Shown: positions 37,524 through 46,924 of the stretch, piece by piece | Layout: every line of letters begins with the position of its first letter | Position numbering within the stretch: position 1 is the first letter of the stretch | Origin: Candidatus Zixiibacteriota bacterium | GTDB lineage: Bacteria > Zixibacteria > MSB-5A5 > DG-27 | Assembly (NCBI GenBank): GCA_030605835.1 | Contig: JAUWHO010000023.1 | Span: 201,834 to 265,833, forward strand | Direction: 5' to 3' | Length of the DNA: 64,000 nt | Translations under genes and position numbers: made by a program | The notes under the pieces: model-generated | Told to the model about the DNA's origin: nothing | The model's database searches: none | The model's input: the letters and a program-made list of their open reading frames with translations, nothing else

Positions 37524-37606
37524 TCTATTTGCTATTCACTATTCACCATTTACCATTCACCATTTACCATTCACCATTTGCCATTCACCATTTGCCATTC
37601 ACTACA
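37524..37606. repeat. Heptanucleotide tandem array of about 12 units (CCATTYR / CTATTCA)
   Basis: ctatttg ctattca x2 ccattta ccattca ccattta ccattca ccatttg ccattca ccatttg ccattca. It generates the spurious ORF 37460..37651. Confidence 0.85.
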
Positions 37607-37750
37607 GATCCGCTCCCGCCCGCGGATGCTGCCGATCGAATCAGGAAATAGCTTGACTTTTCTTGTCGGGCCGCTATAACTTTAGAAGCTGTTTCGGGCA
37701 GTTGACAAACCTGGATCTTTTTGAGTTTTTTGTCTGTTTGTGACTCGTGA

Positions 37751-39625
37751 TTGTGGTTTCCGAGCAGGCAACAGAGTCAGGGTGAGAAGGATTGTGACAC
37801 CATCTCGAGGTTCACGGTGACAAAGGGCTTTTACAAAGAGCGTCTGGCAGAGCTGACCATACCGGAGATGTTCGACTACAGCGCCCAGCAGTATGGCAGC
37901 TCTGTGGCGATGCGTTATTTCACCCAGGGGCGTTTCCCGGACATCACCTATGCGGAGTTGAAGCAGAAGATCGACCACTTCGCTCGGGGTCTGGGAAAAC
38001 TCGGTTTCGCCCCCGGGGATAAAGCCGCCCTCCTCTCGGAAAACCGTCCCGCGTGGGGGACTGCCTATCTGGCGGTTCTGAAATCGGGAGGCGTCTCGGT
38101 TCCCCTAGATCCCCAGTTGAAGGGCCCGGAGCTCAGTCACATCATCAGGGAATCGGGAGCGAGATTTGCGATTGTCTCCGCCAAGTTCGCCTTCGACTTA
38201 GAGGAGCTTGTCGCCGACATCGCCGGGTTTGATACCCTCATCTACATGGACGGGCTTGCGGCAACCTCTGCCCCGGAGCTGGAGGAGGGAACCGAACCGC
38301 GTTTCCAGCGGGTCTCCTATCACGAGGTGACTTCCAGCGGCGCCCAGGAGGATTTCGATCTCCCCAAGGTGGATCCGGAGGAGCTGGCAACTCTGATTTA
38401 TACCTCCGGCACCACCGGGCAGTCCAAGGGGGTGATGTTGACTCATAAAAACATTATGTCCGACATTGCCGCTCTGCAGCAAACCATCGAATTCCAGCCA
38501 ACCGACAACTTTCTTTCGGTTTTGCCCCTCCACCACACCTTCGAGTGCACCTGCGGTTTTTTGACCCCGCTCTCAGCCGGTGCCATGATCACCTATGCTC
38601 GCAGTCTGAAGTCCAGAGAGCTGCTGGAGGATATAAAACGGAACAACGTCACCATGTTGTTGGGAGTGCCGCTTCTGTTCGAGAAGATGCTCACCGGGCT
38701 TCTGAAGGCCGTGGAGAAAAAGCCCGCTTCGGCGCGAGCTTTATTCAAAACCGGTTTGGTGGGAGTCCGGATGGTGAAGAAGCTCACCGGCTACGATGCC
38801 GGCGCTCAGATCTTCAAGGGGCTTCGGGAGAAGGCGGGGTTGTCCTCCCTGCGCTTCTTGATCTCCGGTGGAGCTCCACTCCCCCCGGAGGTGGCGGAGG
38901 GTTTCACCACCCTGGGGATAGGTTTTTTGCAGGGATACGGTCTCACCGAAACCTCGCCGGTTTTAACCTTGAACCCGGAGGACAAACCGAAAGCCGCCTC
39001 CATCGGGAAAGCCCTTCCGGGGGTAGAGATAAAGATCATGAATCCCGATGAGAAGGGAATTGGAGAGCTGGTGGTGAGGGGAGCGATGGTGATGAAAGGC
39101 TATTACAACAACCCGAAGGCCACCGCGGAGGTGTTGAGAGATGGTTACTTTCACACCGGCGATTCCGGCTGCGTGGACGAGGAGGGTTACTACTATGTCG
39201 CTGGACGTATCAAAGATGTCATCGTCACCGCCGCCGGCAAAAACGTTTACCCCGAAGAGGTCGAATTCGCGTTGGCGAAGAGTCCATATATATTGGAGAC
39301 GCTGGTGCTGGGAAGAGCGGCCGAGGAGGCCACACCCAAGAGAGTCAGGAGGGAGGAGGTATGGGCCATAGTAGTCCCGGACTATGAGTACTTCGATCAA
39401 ATAGCTCAGGAGAGAGGCATCGCTTTCGACGAGGCCAAAATCGAGGCCACCATCAAGGAGGAGGTCTCCAAAAGGTGCGCCGAGATAGCCGACTATAAGA
39501 GGGTGAAGTATTTCACCATCAGAGAGGAGGAATTCGAGAAAACCTCCACCCGAAAGATAAAGAGATATCTGTTCCGACATCCCCCGGTGGCGGTGACAGA
39601 CGTGGGAAAGACCGGGAAGCACTGA
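37751..39625 (+). CDS. Long-chain acyl-CoA synthetase (AMP-dependent synthetase/ligase)
   Basis: LIYTSGTTGQSKGVMLTH AMP-binding motif, and a C-terminal ...GRIKDVIV...GKNVYPEEVE motif. The true start is probably the in-frame GTG at 37817 or nearby. Confidence 0.85.
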   Translation: MWFPSRQQSQGEKDCDTISRFTVTKGFYKERLAELTIPEMFDYSAQQYGSSVAMRYFTQGRFPDITYAELKQKIDHFARGLGKLGFAPGDKAALLSENRPAWGTAYLAVLKSGGVSVPLDPQLKGPELSHIIRESGARFAIVSAKFAFDLEELVADIAGFDTLIYMDGLAATSAPELEEGTEPRFQRVSYHEVTSSGAQEDFDLPKVDPEELATLIYTSGTTGQSKGVMLTHKNIMSDIAALQQTIEFQPTDNFLSVLPLHHTFECTCGFLTPLSAGAMITYARSLKSRELLEDIKRNNVTMLLGVPLLFEKMLTGLLKAVEKKPASARALFKTGLVGVRMVKKLTGYDAGAQIFKGLREKAGLSSLRFLISGGAPLPPEVAEGFTTLGIGFLQGYGLTETSPVLTLNPEDKPKAASIGKALPGVEIKIMNPDEKGIGELVVRGAMVMKGYYNNPKATAEVLRDGYFHTGDSGCVDEEGYYYVAGRIKDVIVTAAGKNVYPEEVEFALAKSPYILETLVLGRAAEEATPKRVRREEVWAIVVPDYEYFDQIAQERGIAFDEAKIEATIKEEVSKRCAEIADYKRVKYFTIREEEFEKTSTRKIKRYLFRHPPVAVTDVGKTGKH

Positions 39626-39658
39626 TCAAACCGAAACTTACCCGTCAGAGGTACAACT

Positions 39659-40738
39659 ATGCTCTATGCGGTCATATTGGCGGGGGGGCGGGGTGAGAGG
39701 TTCTGGCCTCTCTCGCGCAGTGAGTCACCCAAGCAGCTCCTGCGCTTGACCTCTGATAAGACCATGCTGGAGGAGACCTTCTCCCGCGTGGAAGGGTTCA
39801 TTCCTCTGGAGCGCACCCTGATTGTTACCGGGGAGGAGCTCAAAGAGAAAATCCTCTCAACGATGAGGTTTCTCAAAGAGGACAACCTTCTGGTAGAGCC
39901 TCGGGGAAGAAACACCTGCCTTGCCATCGGACTGGCCGCTGCCCACCTCGGCAAACAGGATCCGGGGGCGGTCATGGTGGTTCTCTCCTCCGACCATCAG
40001 ATCTCCCCACCCCAAAGGCTGGTGGAGATCCTGCAGACCGCCGCCGATCACGCTCAGGAGGAAGATTGCCTTCTCACCATAGGAGTGGTTCCCACCCGAG
40101 CCGAGACTGCCTACGGCTACATCGAACTGCAGGAGATGGTCACCGCGGGAGCGGCCATCCCGATTTATCGGGTCAAAAAGTTCAAGGAGAAGCCCTCCAA
40201 GCTTGCGGCCCAAGAATATTATTACGACCGTAAACACCTGTGGAACTCCGGCATCTTCGTCTGGTCAATTAAATCTTTGCTGTCGGCTATGAAGTCGGCC
40301 AAGCCGGATTTGGCCGGTGCTTTGAGGGAGTATCAGGAGAAAATCGGAACCGCAGGTGAGCTCCCAGCTCGGAGGGAACTTTACCAAGAGGCGGAGAATG
40401 TCTCTGTGGATCACGCCATTCTGGAGAAAGCCAAGAACGTTTTGACCATCAAAGCCGATATCCATTGGGACGACGTCGGCAGCTGGCTGGCTCTATCCCG
40501 CATCAAGAAGCTCGACCGCGAGAATAACGTTATCATCGGAGAGGCTCTCGCCCTCGACACCTACGAGACCACAATTCTCAACGACGGCCCGGGGCTGGTT
40601 GCCACTTACGGAGTCTCCGATCTGGTGGTGGTCAGAACCGACGATGTCGTGTTGGTGGCTCACAAAACCCGAATTCCAGATATAAAAGAGCTGGTCGCTC
40701 ACCTCAGTAAGGACGAGAAGCTGAGACGGTTTCTCTGA
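39659..40738 (+). CDS. Mannose-1-phosphate guanylyltransferase (NTP-transferase family)
   Basis: MLYAVILAGGRGERFWPLSR...PKQLL N-terminal signature; a cupin-less ManC-type enzyme. Confidence 0.8.
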   Translation: MLYAVILAGGRGERFWPLSRSESPKQLLRLTSDKTMLEETFSRVEGFIPLERTLIVTGEELKEKILSTMRFLKEDNLLVEPRGRNTCLAIGLAAAHLGKQDPGAVMVVLSSDHQISPPQRLVEILQTAADHAQEEDCLLTIGVVPTRAETAYGYIELQEMVTAGAAIPIYRVKKFKEKPSKLAAQEYYYDRKHLWNSGIFVWSIKSLLSAMKSAKPDLAGALREYQEKIGTAGELPARRELYQEAENVSVDHAILEKAKNVLTIKADIHWDDVGSWLALSRIKKLDRENNVIIGEALALDTYETTILNDGPGLVATYGVSDLVVVRTDDVVLVAHKTRIPDIKELVAHLSKDEKLRRFL

Positions 40739-40750
40739 GAGGGTCCCTTC

Positions 40751-41269
40751 ATGGGAGAAATCTTCAGACGCTATTCGAGCTGGGTTGTGATTCTGTCGCT
40801 GGTGATCCCCCTGCTCTACACGTGCACCGCGGTGGTACCCAGAAGGGTTGGAGGCGAACCTCCAGACCGCCGCACCGCCGGAGAGAAAGACTTCGATCCT
40901 TTCGGTTTTGAAGCTGACACTTTGATAGTCAGCAGAGGGGAGTTCAGCCGGGAAGGTCTAAGAGCGGTCGGAGAGGCCGAGCCGGGACCCAGAAAAAGAA
41001 CCGGCTCGGAGGTGACTTCTCCACGAACCGTCTACCGGGTGCAGATCTTCATGACCAAATATCCGGAGCTGGCCTCCGAGAAGGCCCAGGAGGCCGAAGC
41101 CATCTTCTCGGAGAGGGTATATATCGATTTCAAAGTCCCCTACTACCGGGTGCGGCTGGGAGAGTTCGACACCCTGGAGGAGGGAGAAGGATTTCTGCTT
41201 CGGGTGCGACAGTCCGGCTATCGAGATGCCTGGTTGGTTAAGACGACTATTCATGAAGGGAGTCGATAG
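40751..41269 (+). CDS. SPOR domain-containing membrane-anchored protein
   Basis: N-terminal TM helix; C-terminal VYRVQIF...YRVRLGEFDTLEEGEGFLLRVRQSGYRDAWLV (SPOR fold signature). Confidence 0.6.
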   Translation: MGEIFRRYSSWVVILSLVIPLLYTCTAVVPRRVGGEPPDRRTAGEKDFDPFGFEADTLIVSRGEFSREGLRAVGEAEPGPRKRTGSEVTSPRTVYRVQIFMTKYPELASEKAQEAEAIFSERVYIDFKVPYYRVRLGEFDTLEEGEGFLLRVRQSGYRDAWLVKTTIHEGSR

Positions 41270-41299
41270 TCGAAAAGAGCAGGTGATAAGATTTGTGAA

Positions 41300-41929
41300 G
41301 TGTTGAAGGTCGACAGGGAGAACCCCTCAAACCAGATTCTGGAGAGAGTCTCTTCTGTGGTCAAGTCTGGTGGGGTTGTGGTCCTGCCCACCGAGACCGT
41401 CTACGGTCTGGTGGGCGATGTTTCAAGTGCACCGGTTCTGGAGAGAATCTTTGAGCTCAAGAGGAGAGGCGCGGATAAGCCGATCTCGATTTTCGTCAAT
41501 CGGGAAGTCTTAATAAAGCTCTTTCCGAAAGGGTTGCCGCAGGTCTCCCGCAAGTTGGCGGATAGGTTCTGGCCGGGACCTCTGACTCTGATAATTCCCT
41601 ATGAAGGAAGAGACTTTCAGCACCTGACGTCTGGAAGTAGAAAGATCGGCTTGAGGTTTTCAGCCTCCAGGTTGATACAGGGAGTTCTTGAAAAAGTGAA
41701 AACACCTCTTTCGGCAACCAGCGCCAACCTCTCCGGGGAGAAGAGACCTTACCCCTTTGAGAAAATTCTACAAACCTTCAGCTCCCGGGTCGATTTAATC
41801 GTAAAAGCTGAAGAGAGACAGAGAGAGAAAGCCTCCACGGTGCTGGAGGTTGAGGCCGAGGGGGTGCGAATCATTAGAGAGGGGGCGGTGCCGACAAAAG
41901 AGATAACAGACTTTCTGCTCGAAGGGTAA
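41300..41929 (+). CDS. tsaC: L-threonylcarbamoyladenylate synthase (TsaC/YrdC/YwlC family)
   Basis: VVVLPTETVYGLVGD...PGPLTLII signature; GTG start. Confidence 0.8.
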   Translation: MLKVDRENPSNQILERVSSVVKSGGVVVLPTETVYGLVGDVSSAPVLERIFELKRRGADKPISIFVNREVLIKLFPKGLPQVSRKLADRFWPGPLTLIIPYEGRDFQHLTSGSRKIGLRFSASRLIQGVLEKVKTPLSATSANLSGEKRPYPFEKILQTFSSRVDLIVKAEERQREKASTVLEVEAEGVRIIREGAVPTKEITDFLLEG

Positions 41930-41950
41930 ACGGCATCTGAAAAAGCCCCC

Positions 41951-42460
41951 ATGGAAAAAAAAGGAGGGAAATTCAAGGTTCTTTTCGTGTGCACCGGAAA
42001 CACCTGCAGAAGTCCGATGGCCGCTGGCTTGATGAATAAGCTCCTCTCGGAGGCTGACTTCGACGGAATCGAGGTCGGCTCTGCTGGCACCGGCGCCTTG
42101 AACGGTTGGCCGGCGGCTCCCCATGCCCTGGAGGTCACCAAGAACTGGGGAATCGACATCTCTGCCCACCGCTCACGAACACTCGATGAGGGGACTGTGG
42201 AGGCGGCGAACTTAATCCTCTGTATGGCTCTGGAGCACCATCGCGCCGCCAGACAGCTTTCGGCGAGCTCTGAAAGGAAGAGCTACCTTTTGGCCTCCTA
42301 TCCCCAAAGGCCGGAGGAAACCCCCCTGGCCAGGATCGAAGACCCCATGGGCGGCGATCTGGAGGTCTACGAGAAGGCCTTTATGAGGATAGACGAACAT
42401 CTGCGAAGGATCTTCGGCGACCTCTTAGAAAGGGCCCGAGCGCCCGAAGAAGGCCGATAG
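41951..42460 (+). CDS. Low-molecular-weight protein phosphatase (YwlE-like arginine/tyrosine phosphatase)
   Basis: KVLFVCTGNTCRSPMAAGL CX5R P-loop; C-terminal D-P motif (IEDPMGGD). Confidence 0.85.
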   Translation: MEKKGGKFKVLFVCTGNTCRSPMAAGLMNKLLSEADFDGIEVGSAGTGALNGWPAAPHALEVTKNWGIDISAHRSRTLDEGTVEAANLILCMALEHHRAARQLSASSERKSYLLASYPQRPEETPLARIEDPMGGDLEVYEKAFMRIDEHLRRIFGDLLERARAPEEGR

Positions 42461-42461
42461 T

Positions 42462-43370
42462 ATGCGCTTCAGTCCCCCCAGAGGTTTAAAAGGCTTCCTG
42501 GCGATTGTGATCGGCTTTGCAATCAGTTATCCCTTCACCGCTGGTGGGGAGGAGGACCTCACCAAGGATTTCGAAAGCGATCTCACCTTAGAGCAGGCCA
42601 AAGCGGAGATGGACACCTTCCCCGGTGAGGTCATCGATACCTCTAAATATAATCAGATTTGGTCCTCAGACGAGTGGTACCGAAGGGAGATCGAGAACGG
42701 AGCCTTCGGGGTGGGGGAGCGCCTGGAGTTCGACATAAAATACGGTTTTATTCATGCCGGTCATGCCGTCCTGCAGGTGAGAAAGATCGTCGATTGCGGA
42801 GGCCATCCCACCTATCACATCGTCTCCACCGCTCGCACCAACAAGTTTTTCTCCTTCTTCTTCAAGGTCGATGACCGCGTCGAATCGTTCGTGGACATAA
42901 GGGGGATTTTTTCTCATCGTTTCGAGAAGCATCTCCGGGAGGGAAGTTTCAAAGCAGACCGGGTCACCAACTTCGACGCCATCAATCACCTCGCCATTAC
43001 CGGGAAGGATTCAATCCCGACCTATCCTTTTGTCCAGGACATGCTCTCCGCCTTCTATTACGCTCGAACTCAGAAGATCCAGGCGGGGGTACCGCTCTAC
43101 ATCGATAACCACACCGACAGGAAAAACTACCCCATCGAGGTGAAGGTTCATCGAAAGGAGAGGGTGAGGGTGAAGGCCGGGAGCTTCGATTGCCTCTTGT
43201 TGGAGCCGGTGTTGAGCAGCAGCACCATCTTCGAGAACAAGGGCAAGCTTTTCATCTGGGTTACCGACGATGAGTACAAGATGCCGGTGAAGATGAAGAG
43301 TAAGGTGGTCATCGGCTCTTTCACCGCGGAGTTGAAAAAATACACTCTGGGAAAGATCCCGAAAGGTTAG
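42462..43370 (+). CDS. Exported protein, DUF3108-like
   Basis: Signal/TM N-terminus; FDIKYGFIHAGHAVLQV... resembles DUF3108 family members. No catalytic motif recognised. Confidence 0.35.
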   Translation: MRFSPPRGLKGFLAIVIGFAISYPFTAGGEEDLTKDFESDLTLEQAKAEMDTFPGEVIDTSKYNQIWSSDEWYRREIENGAFGVGERLEFDIKYGFIHAGHAVLQVRKIVDCGGHPTYHIVSTARTNKFFSFFFKVDDRVESFVDIRGIFSHRFEKHLREGSFKADRVTNFDAINHLAITGKDSIPTYPFVQDMLSAFYYARTQKIQAGVPLYIDNHTDRKNYPIEVKVHRKERVRVKAGSFDCLLLEPVLSSSTIFENKGKLFIWVTDDEYKMPVKMKSKVVIGSFTAELKKYTLGKIPKG

Positions 43371-43372
43371 CT

Positions 43373-44347
43373 ATGTCTCCACGACCGCCGGCGGATTTGA
43401 GCAAGGTCAAGAGGCTCTCCATTAAGTCTCGTCCTCGCAAGGTGAAACTCTCCGACTTCGCAAAGCCTCTGGGGAAGAAGGCGAGTTCCGCCGATTTCCT
43501 CCGAAGTCTCCCCGATAGCCTCAAAGCTGCGGATTTCCGCAGACTGATTGATCTGATCATCGAAGCTAAAAGGAAAGGCAAGCCGGTGATCCTCCTCATG
43601 GGGGCACACGTAATCAAGGTTGGGGTCTCTCCCCTGATTATCGAGCTTGTGAAGGAGGGGGTCATCACCCACCTAGCCTTGAATGGTGGCGGCATCATCC
43701 ACGATGTGGAGCTGGCTTTCTGGGGGATAACCTCCGAGGAGGTCGCCGAAAACATCGCCGACGGCAGCTTCGGCATGACCCGGGAGACGGCCGATTTCTT
43801 AAACCAATTAGCACAGGAAACTGCCGGGGAAGAGCTGGGCTTAGGCGAGCTGGTTTGCCGCAAGCTAACGAACGCCTCCCCAACCAATAAAAGCTTCAGT
43901 CTCCTTTATGGTTGCCACCAGAAAGCTGTCCCCGTCACCGTCCACGTCGCCATCGGGACCGATACTATCTGCCAGCACCCCAACTTCGACGGTGCCTTCT
44001 GGGGAGAGAAAAGCTACCTGGATTTCAGAATCCTCATTGAGAGTCTGAAAGACCTCGGCAACGGTGGCGTAGTCTTAAACCTCGGCTCCGCGGTGGTCCT
44101 GCCGGAGGTTTTCCTGAAGGCCTTGACGGTGGCTCGAAACCTATACGGGAACATAACCGGTTTTGCCGCTGCGAACTTCGACATGATTCAACACTACCGT
44201 CCCAACGAGAATGTCGTCAGACGACCCACCATGACGGGCGGCGAAGGTTTCTCCTTCACCGGTCACCACGAGATAATGATTCCCCTCTTAGCCTGGGGGA
44301 TCTTGGGAGGGCTGAGGGAACACACCTCTCCATCTGAAAAGGTCTAA
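43373..44347 (+). CDS. Deoxyhypusine synthase-like (DHS-like NAD-binding) protein
   Basis: ILLMGAHVIKVGVSPLIIELVKEGVITHLALNGGGIIHDVE and NGGVVLNLGSAVV parallel the DHS motifs ...TTAGGVEED... and GGGVVKHH. Confidence 0.4.
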   Translation: MSPRPPADLSKVKRLSIKSRPRKVKLSDFAKPLGKKASSADFLRSLPDSLKAADFRRLIDLIIEAKRKGKPVILLMGAHVIKVGVSPLIIELVKEGVITHLALNGGGIIHDVELAFWGITSEEVAENIADGSFGMTRETADFLNQLAQETAGEELGLGELVCRKLTNASPTNKSFSLLYGCHQKAVPVTVHVAIGTDTICQHPNFDGAFWGEKSYLDFRILIESLKDLGNGGVVLNLGSAVVLPEVFLKALTVARNLYGNITGFAAANFDMIQHYRPNENVVRRPTMTGGEGFSFTGHHEIMIPLLAWGILGGLREHTSPSEKV

Positions 44348-44485
44348 ACCTGAAGCGGGGCAGGTCTGTTTCGGTCTCAATACCCCAATGACTATAATTT
44401 TTACATTGCCTTTGGGTCAACAGTTTTTTAAATTGAGTTTTTAAGGCCAGAAAAAGATGGCGCAGAACAATAAAAGAGGTAGGAT

Positions 44486-46012
44486 ATGGCTCAGATAATT
44501 GAATGTGTCCCCAACTTCTCCGAGGGAAGACGACCCGAGGTGATCGACGCTATAATAAGAGAGATTCAATCGATCCCCGATGTCAGGGTCCTGGACCGGG
44601 AGATGGACAAAGATCACAACCGGGCGGTGGTCACCTTTATCGGTCCGCCTCAGAACGTCAAGGAGGCTGCTTTCCGGGGGATCTGCAAGGCCACGGAGCT
44701 CATCGACATGGAAAACCATACCGGCGAGCATCCCCGGCTTGGAGCAACTGATGTGATCCCCTTTGTTCCGGTATCGGGGGTGACTCTACAGGATTGCAAG
44801 GTCTTGGCTCAGGAGTTGGGAGCGGAGGTGGGCGAGAAGCTGCAAATACCGGTCTATCTGTATGAGGCCGCCGCCAAAAGGCCCGATCGGGAGAACTTGG
44901 CCGACGTCAGAAGGGGAGAGTACGAGGGGTTCAAGGCAACCATCGAGACTGACCCCGACCGCGTCCCCGATTTCGGTCCCCGCCGGATGCACCCCACCGC
45001 GGGAGCGATCATAATCGGCGCCAGACCCTTTCTCATCGCCTTCAACGTCTATCTGGGCACCGACAACGTGGGGGTCGCCAAGAGGATAGCCAAGGCGATC
45101 CGTTTCCGCTCCGGGGGATTGAGGTATCTCAAAGCCCTGGGATTCGAGATTCGAGACCGCGGTCTGGTACAGGTCTCCATGAACCTCACCAACTTCAACT
45201 TGACCCCGGTTCACCGCGTCTTCGAGATGATAAAATCGGAAGCTGAGCGGTGGGGGGTGCCGATAATCTCCAGCGAGATCGTGGGGCTCACTCCCCTCAA
45301 AGCGATGATCGATGTCGCCGATTTCTACCTCAAATTCGAGAACTTCAGCGCCGACCAGATCCTCGAGAATAAGCTTCTGGGAACCACCTCCCCTCGGGAG
45401 AAAAGCATGGAGGACTTCATCACCGAGGTGGGCTCCTCCTCTCCGGCTCCCGGAGGCGGCAGCGTTGCCGCCCTGGCGGCGACCCTCTCTTGTGCTTTGG
45501 CCTCGATGGTCTGCCGCCTGACCGTGGGCAAGAAGAAGTTCGCGGAGGTGAGTGAGGAGCTGGGGAAGGTGCTCTTGGAGTCTGAGAGGCTGCGAGAGAG
45601 AGCCGGGCAACTCATCGTGGAGGACACCGAAAGCTTCAACAATGTCATGCGGGCGATGAAGCTGCCGAAAGACTCCGAGCTGGAAAAGGAGAAACGCCGC
45701 CAGGCGGTCCAGGAGGCCACCAAGGGTGCCACCATGGTTCCCCTGGAGGTGATGGAGCTCTCCCGGGAGGCTTTAGAATCGCTTAAAGTCATCGCCGAGA
45801 AGGGAAACCCAAATTCGATCTCCGACGCCGGGGTGGCCGCGGCCATGGCCCATACTGCCTGTTTCGGTGCCTCCTTGAATGTTCGCATCAATTTGGGAGG
45901 GATCGACGATCCCGATTTCAAAGATGAAAGGGAATCTCGGATGAGAGCCATAGTGGAGGAGGTCAATAACCTCTACGAGGAAACCATCGCGATAGTTGAA
46001 TCGAAACTATGA
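44486..46012 (+). CDS. ftcD: Bifunctional glutamate formimidoyltransferase / formimidoyl-THF cyclodeaminase
   Basis: N-terminal MAQIIECVPNFSEGRR...DKDHNRAVVTF (formiminotransferase domain); C-terminal SSSPAPGGGSVAALAATLSCALASMV (cyclodeaminase domain). Confidence 0.85.
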   Translation: MAQIIECVPNFSEGRRPEVIDAIIREIQSIPDVRVLDREMDKDHNRAVVTFIGPPQNVKEAAFRGICKATELIDMENHTGEHPRLGATDVIPFVPVSGVTLQDCKVLAQELGAEVGEKLQIPVYLYEAAAKRPDRENLADVRRGEYEGFKATIETDPDRVPDFGPRRMHPTAGAIIIGARPFLIAFNVYLGTDNVGVAKRIAKAIRFRSGGLRYLKALGFEIRDRGLVQVSMNLTNFNLTPVHRVFEMIKSEAERWGVPIISSEIVGLTPLKAMIDVADFYLKFENFSADQILENKLLGTTSPREKSMEDFITEVGSSSPAPGGGSVAALAATLSCALASMVCRLTVGKKKFAEVSEELGKVLLESERLRERAGQLIVEDTESFNNVMRAMKLPKDSELEKEKRRQAVQEATKGATMVPLEVMELSREALESLKVIAEKGNPNSISDAGVAAAMAHTACFGASLNVRINLGGIDDPDFKDERESRMRAIVEEVNNLYEETIAIVESKL

Positions 46013-46878
46013 AGGGTCCCGACCGCTTTGTTGACCTCCACCTGCATACCAACGCCTCCGACGGTCTGACCTCCCCGGAGGAGGTGGTTCGGCTCGCCCA
46101 GGAGAAGAATCTAGCCGCCATCGCCATCACTGACCACGACTCCCTGGAGGGTTTTAAGGAGGCCCTACCCATCGCGGAGGAGACCGGAATTGAGATAATT
46201 CCCGGGGTGGAGCTCTCCTGCTTCCATCAAGGAGAAGACCTTCATATTCTAGGTTACCTCGTTGACTACGAAAATCCCGAATTCAACCGTGAGATTGCGC
46301 ACCTCCAGGTGGAGAGGTTCGAAAGGGGCAAGCGGATGGTGCAGAAGCTAAACGAGTTGGGCATAAACCTCTCCATGGACGCTGTGGTCAACTTCGCCGG
46401 GGAGGGCTCCCTCGGGCGTCCCCACATTGCGGAGGCTTTGGTCCAGCAGGAATACGTCCCCACGTACCGGGAGGCCTTCACTCGTTACATAGGTTATCAT
46501 GCCCCCGCCTATGTCCCCAAGAAATTCATGAATCCCGAGGAGGGGATCAACCTGATTCACTCAAACGGAGGCGTGGCAATCTTAGCTCACCCGGGGACAA
46601 ACCACCGCGATGACCTCATCCCGGATTTGGTCGGCGTGGGGCTTGACGGCTTGGAGGCTTACCATCACTCTTACGCTCACCACACCACCGTCAAGTATAT
46701 AAATGTGGCGAAAAAGTTCGAGTTAATCTACACCGGGGGCTCCGATTGTCACGGAGGCCGGGGGGGTCGGCTCCTCATCGGCTGCAATAAGGTCCCGTAT
46801 GTCTGCCTGGAGAATCTGAGGAGGGTAAAAGAAGAGATGCAATCAAAACAGCTCCGCGGAGAAGCAGACAAGCGATAA
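46009..46878 (+). CDS. PHP-domain phosphoesterase (TrpH/YciV-like)
   Basis: FVDLHLHTNASDG...AIAITDHDS metal-binding motifs; 4-bp overlap with ftcD. Confidence 0.75.
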   Translation: MKGPDRFVDLHLHTNASDGLTSPEEVVRLAQEKNLAAIAITDHDSLEGFKEALPIAEETGIEIIPGVELSCFHQGEDLHILGYLVDYENPEFNREIAHLQVERFERGKRMVQKLNELGINLSMDAVVNFAGEGSLGRPHIAEALVQQEYVPTYREAFTRYIGYHAPAYVPKKFMNPEEGINLIHSNGGVAILAHPGTNHRDDLIPDLVGVGLDGLEAYHHSYAHHTTVKYINVAKKFELIYTGGSDCHGGRGGRLLIGCNKVPYVCLENLRRVKEEMQSKQLRGEADKR

Positions 46879-46924
46879 TCTCTTTGCAGAGGCTTTTTCG
46901 TCTTAGGATCCGAAAGGGAAAAAG

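Noticed and set aside
37460-37651. 63-aa ORF (HHLPFTIYHSPFAIHHLPF...)
   Set aside because: It is encoded entirely by the CCATTYR heptamer tandem array. The periodic pseudo-protein is an artefact of the repeat.
43321-43887. 188-aa antisense ORF inside the deoxyhypusine-synthase-like gene
   Set aside because: Ser/Pro/Arg-rich antisense frame of a GC-rich gene with no motifs. The sense strand has a coherent homologue-like product.
44786-45610. 274-aa antisense ORF inside ftcD
   Set aside because: Gly/Arg/His-rich antisense frame. The sense frame is an unambiguous FtcD.
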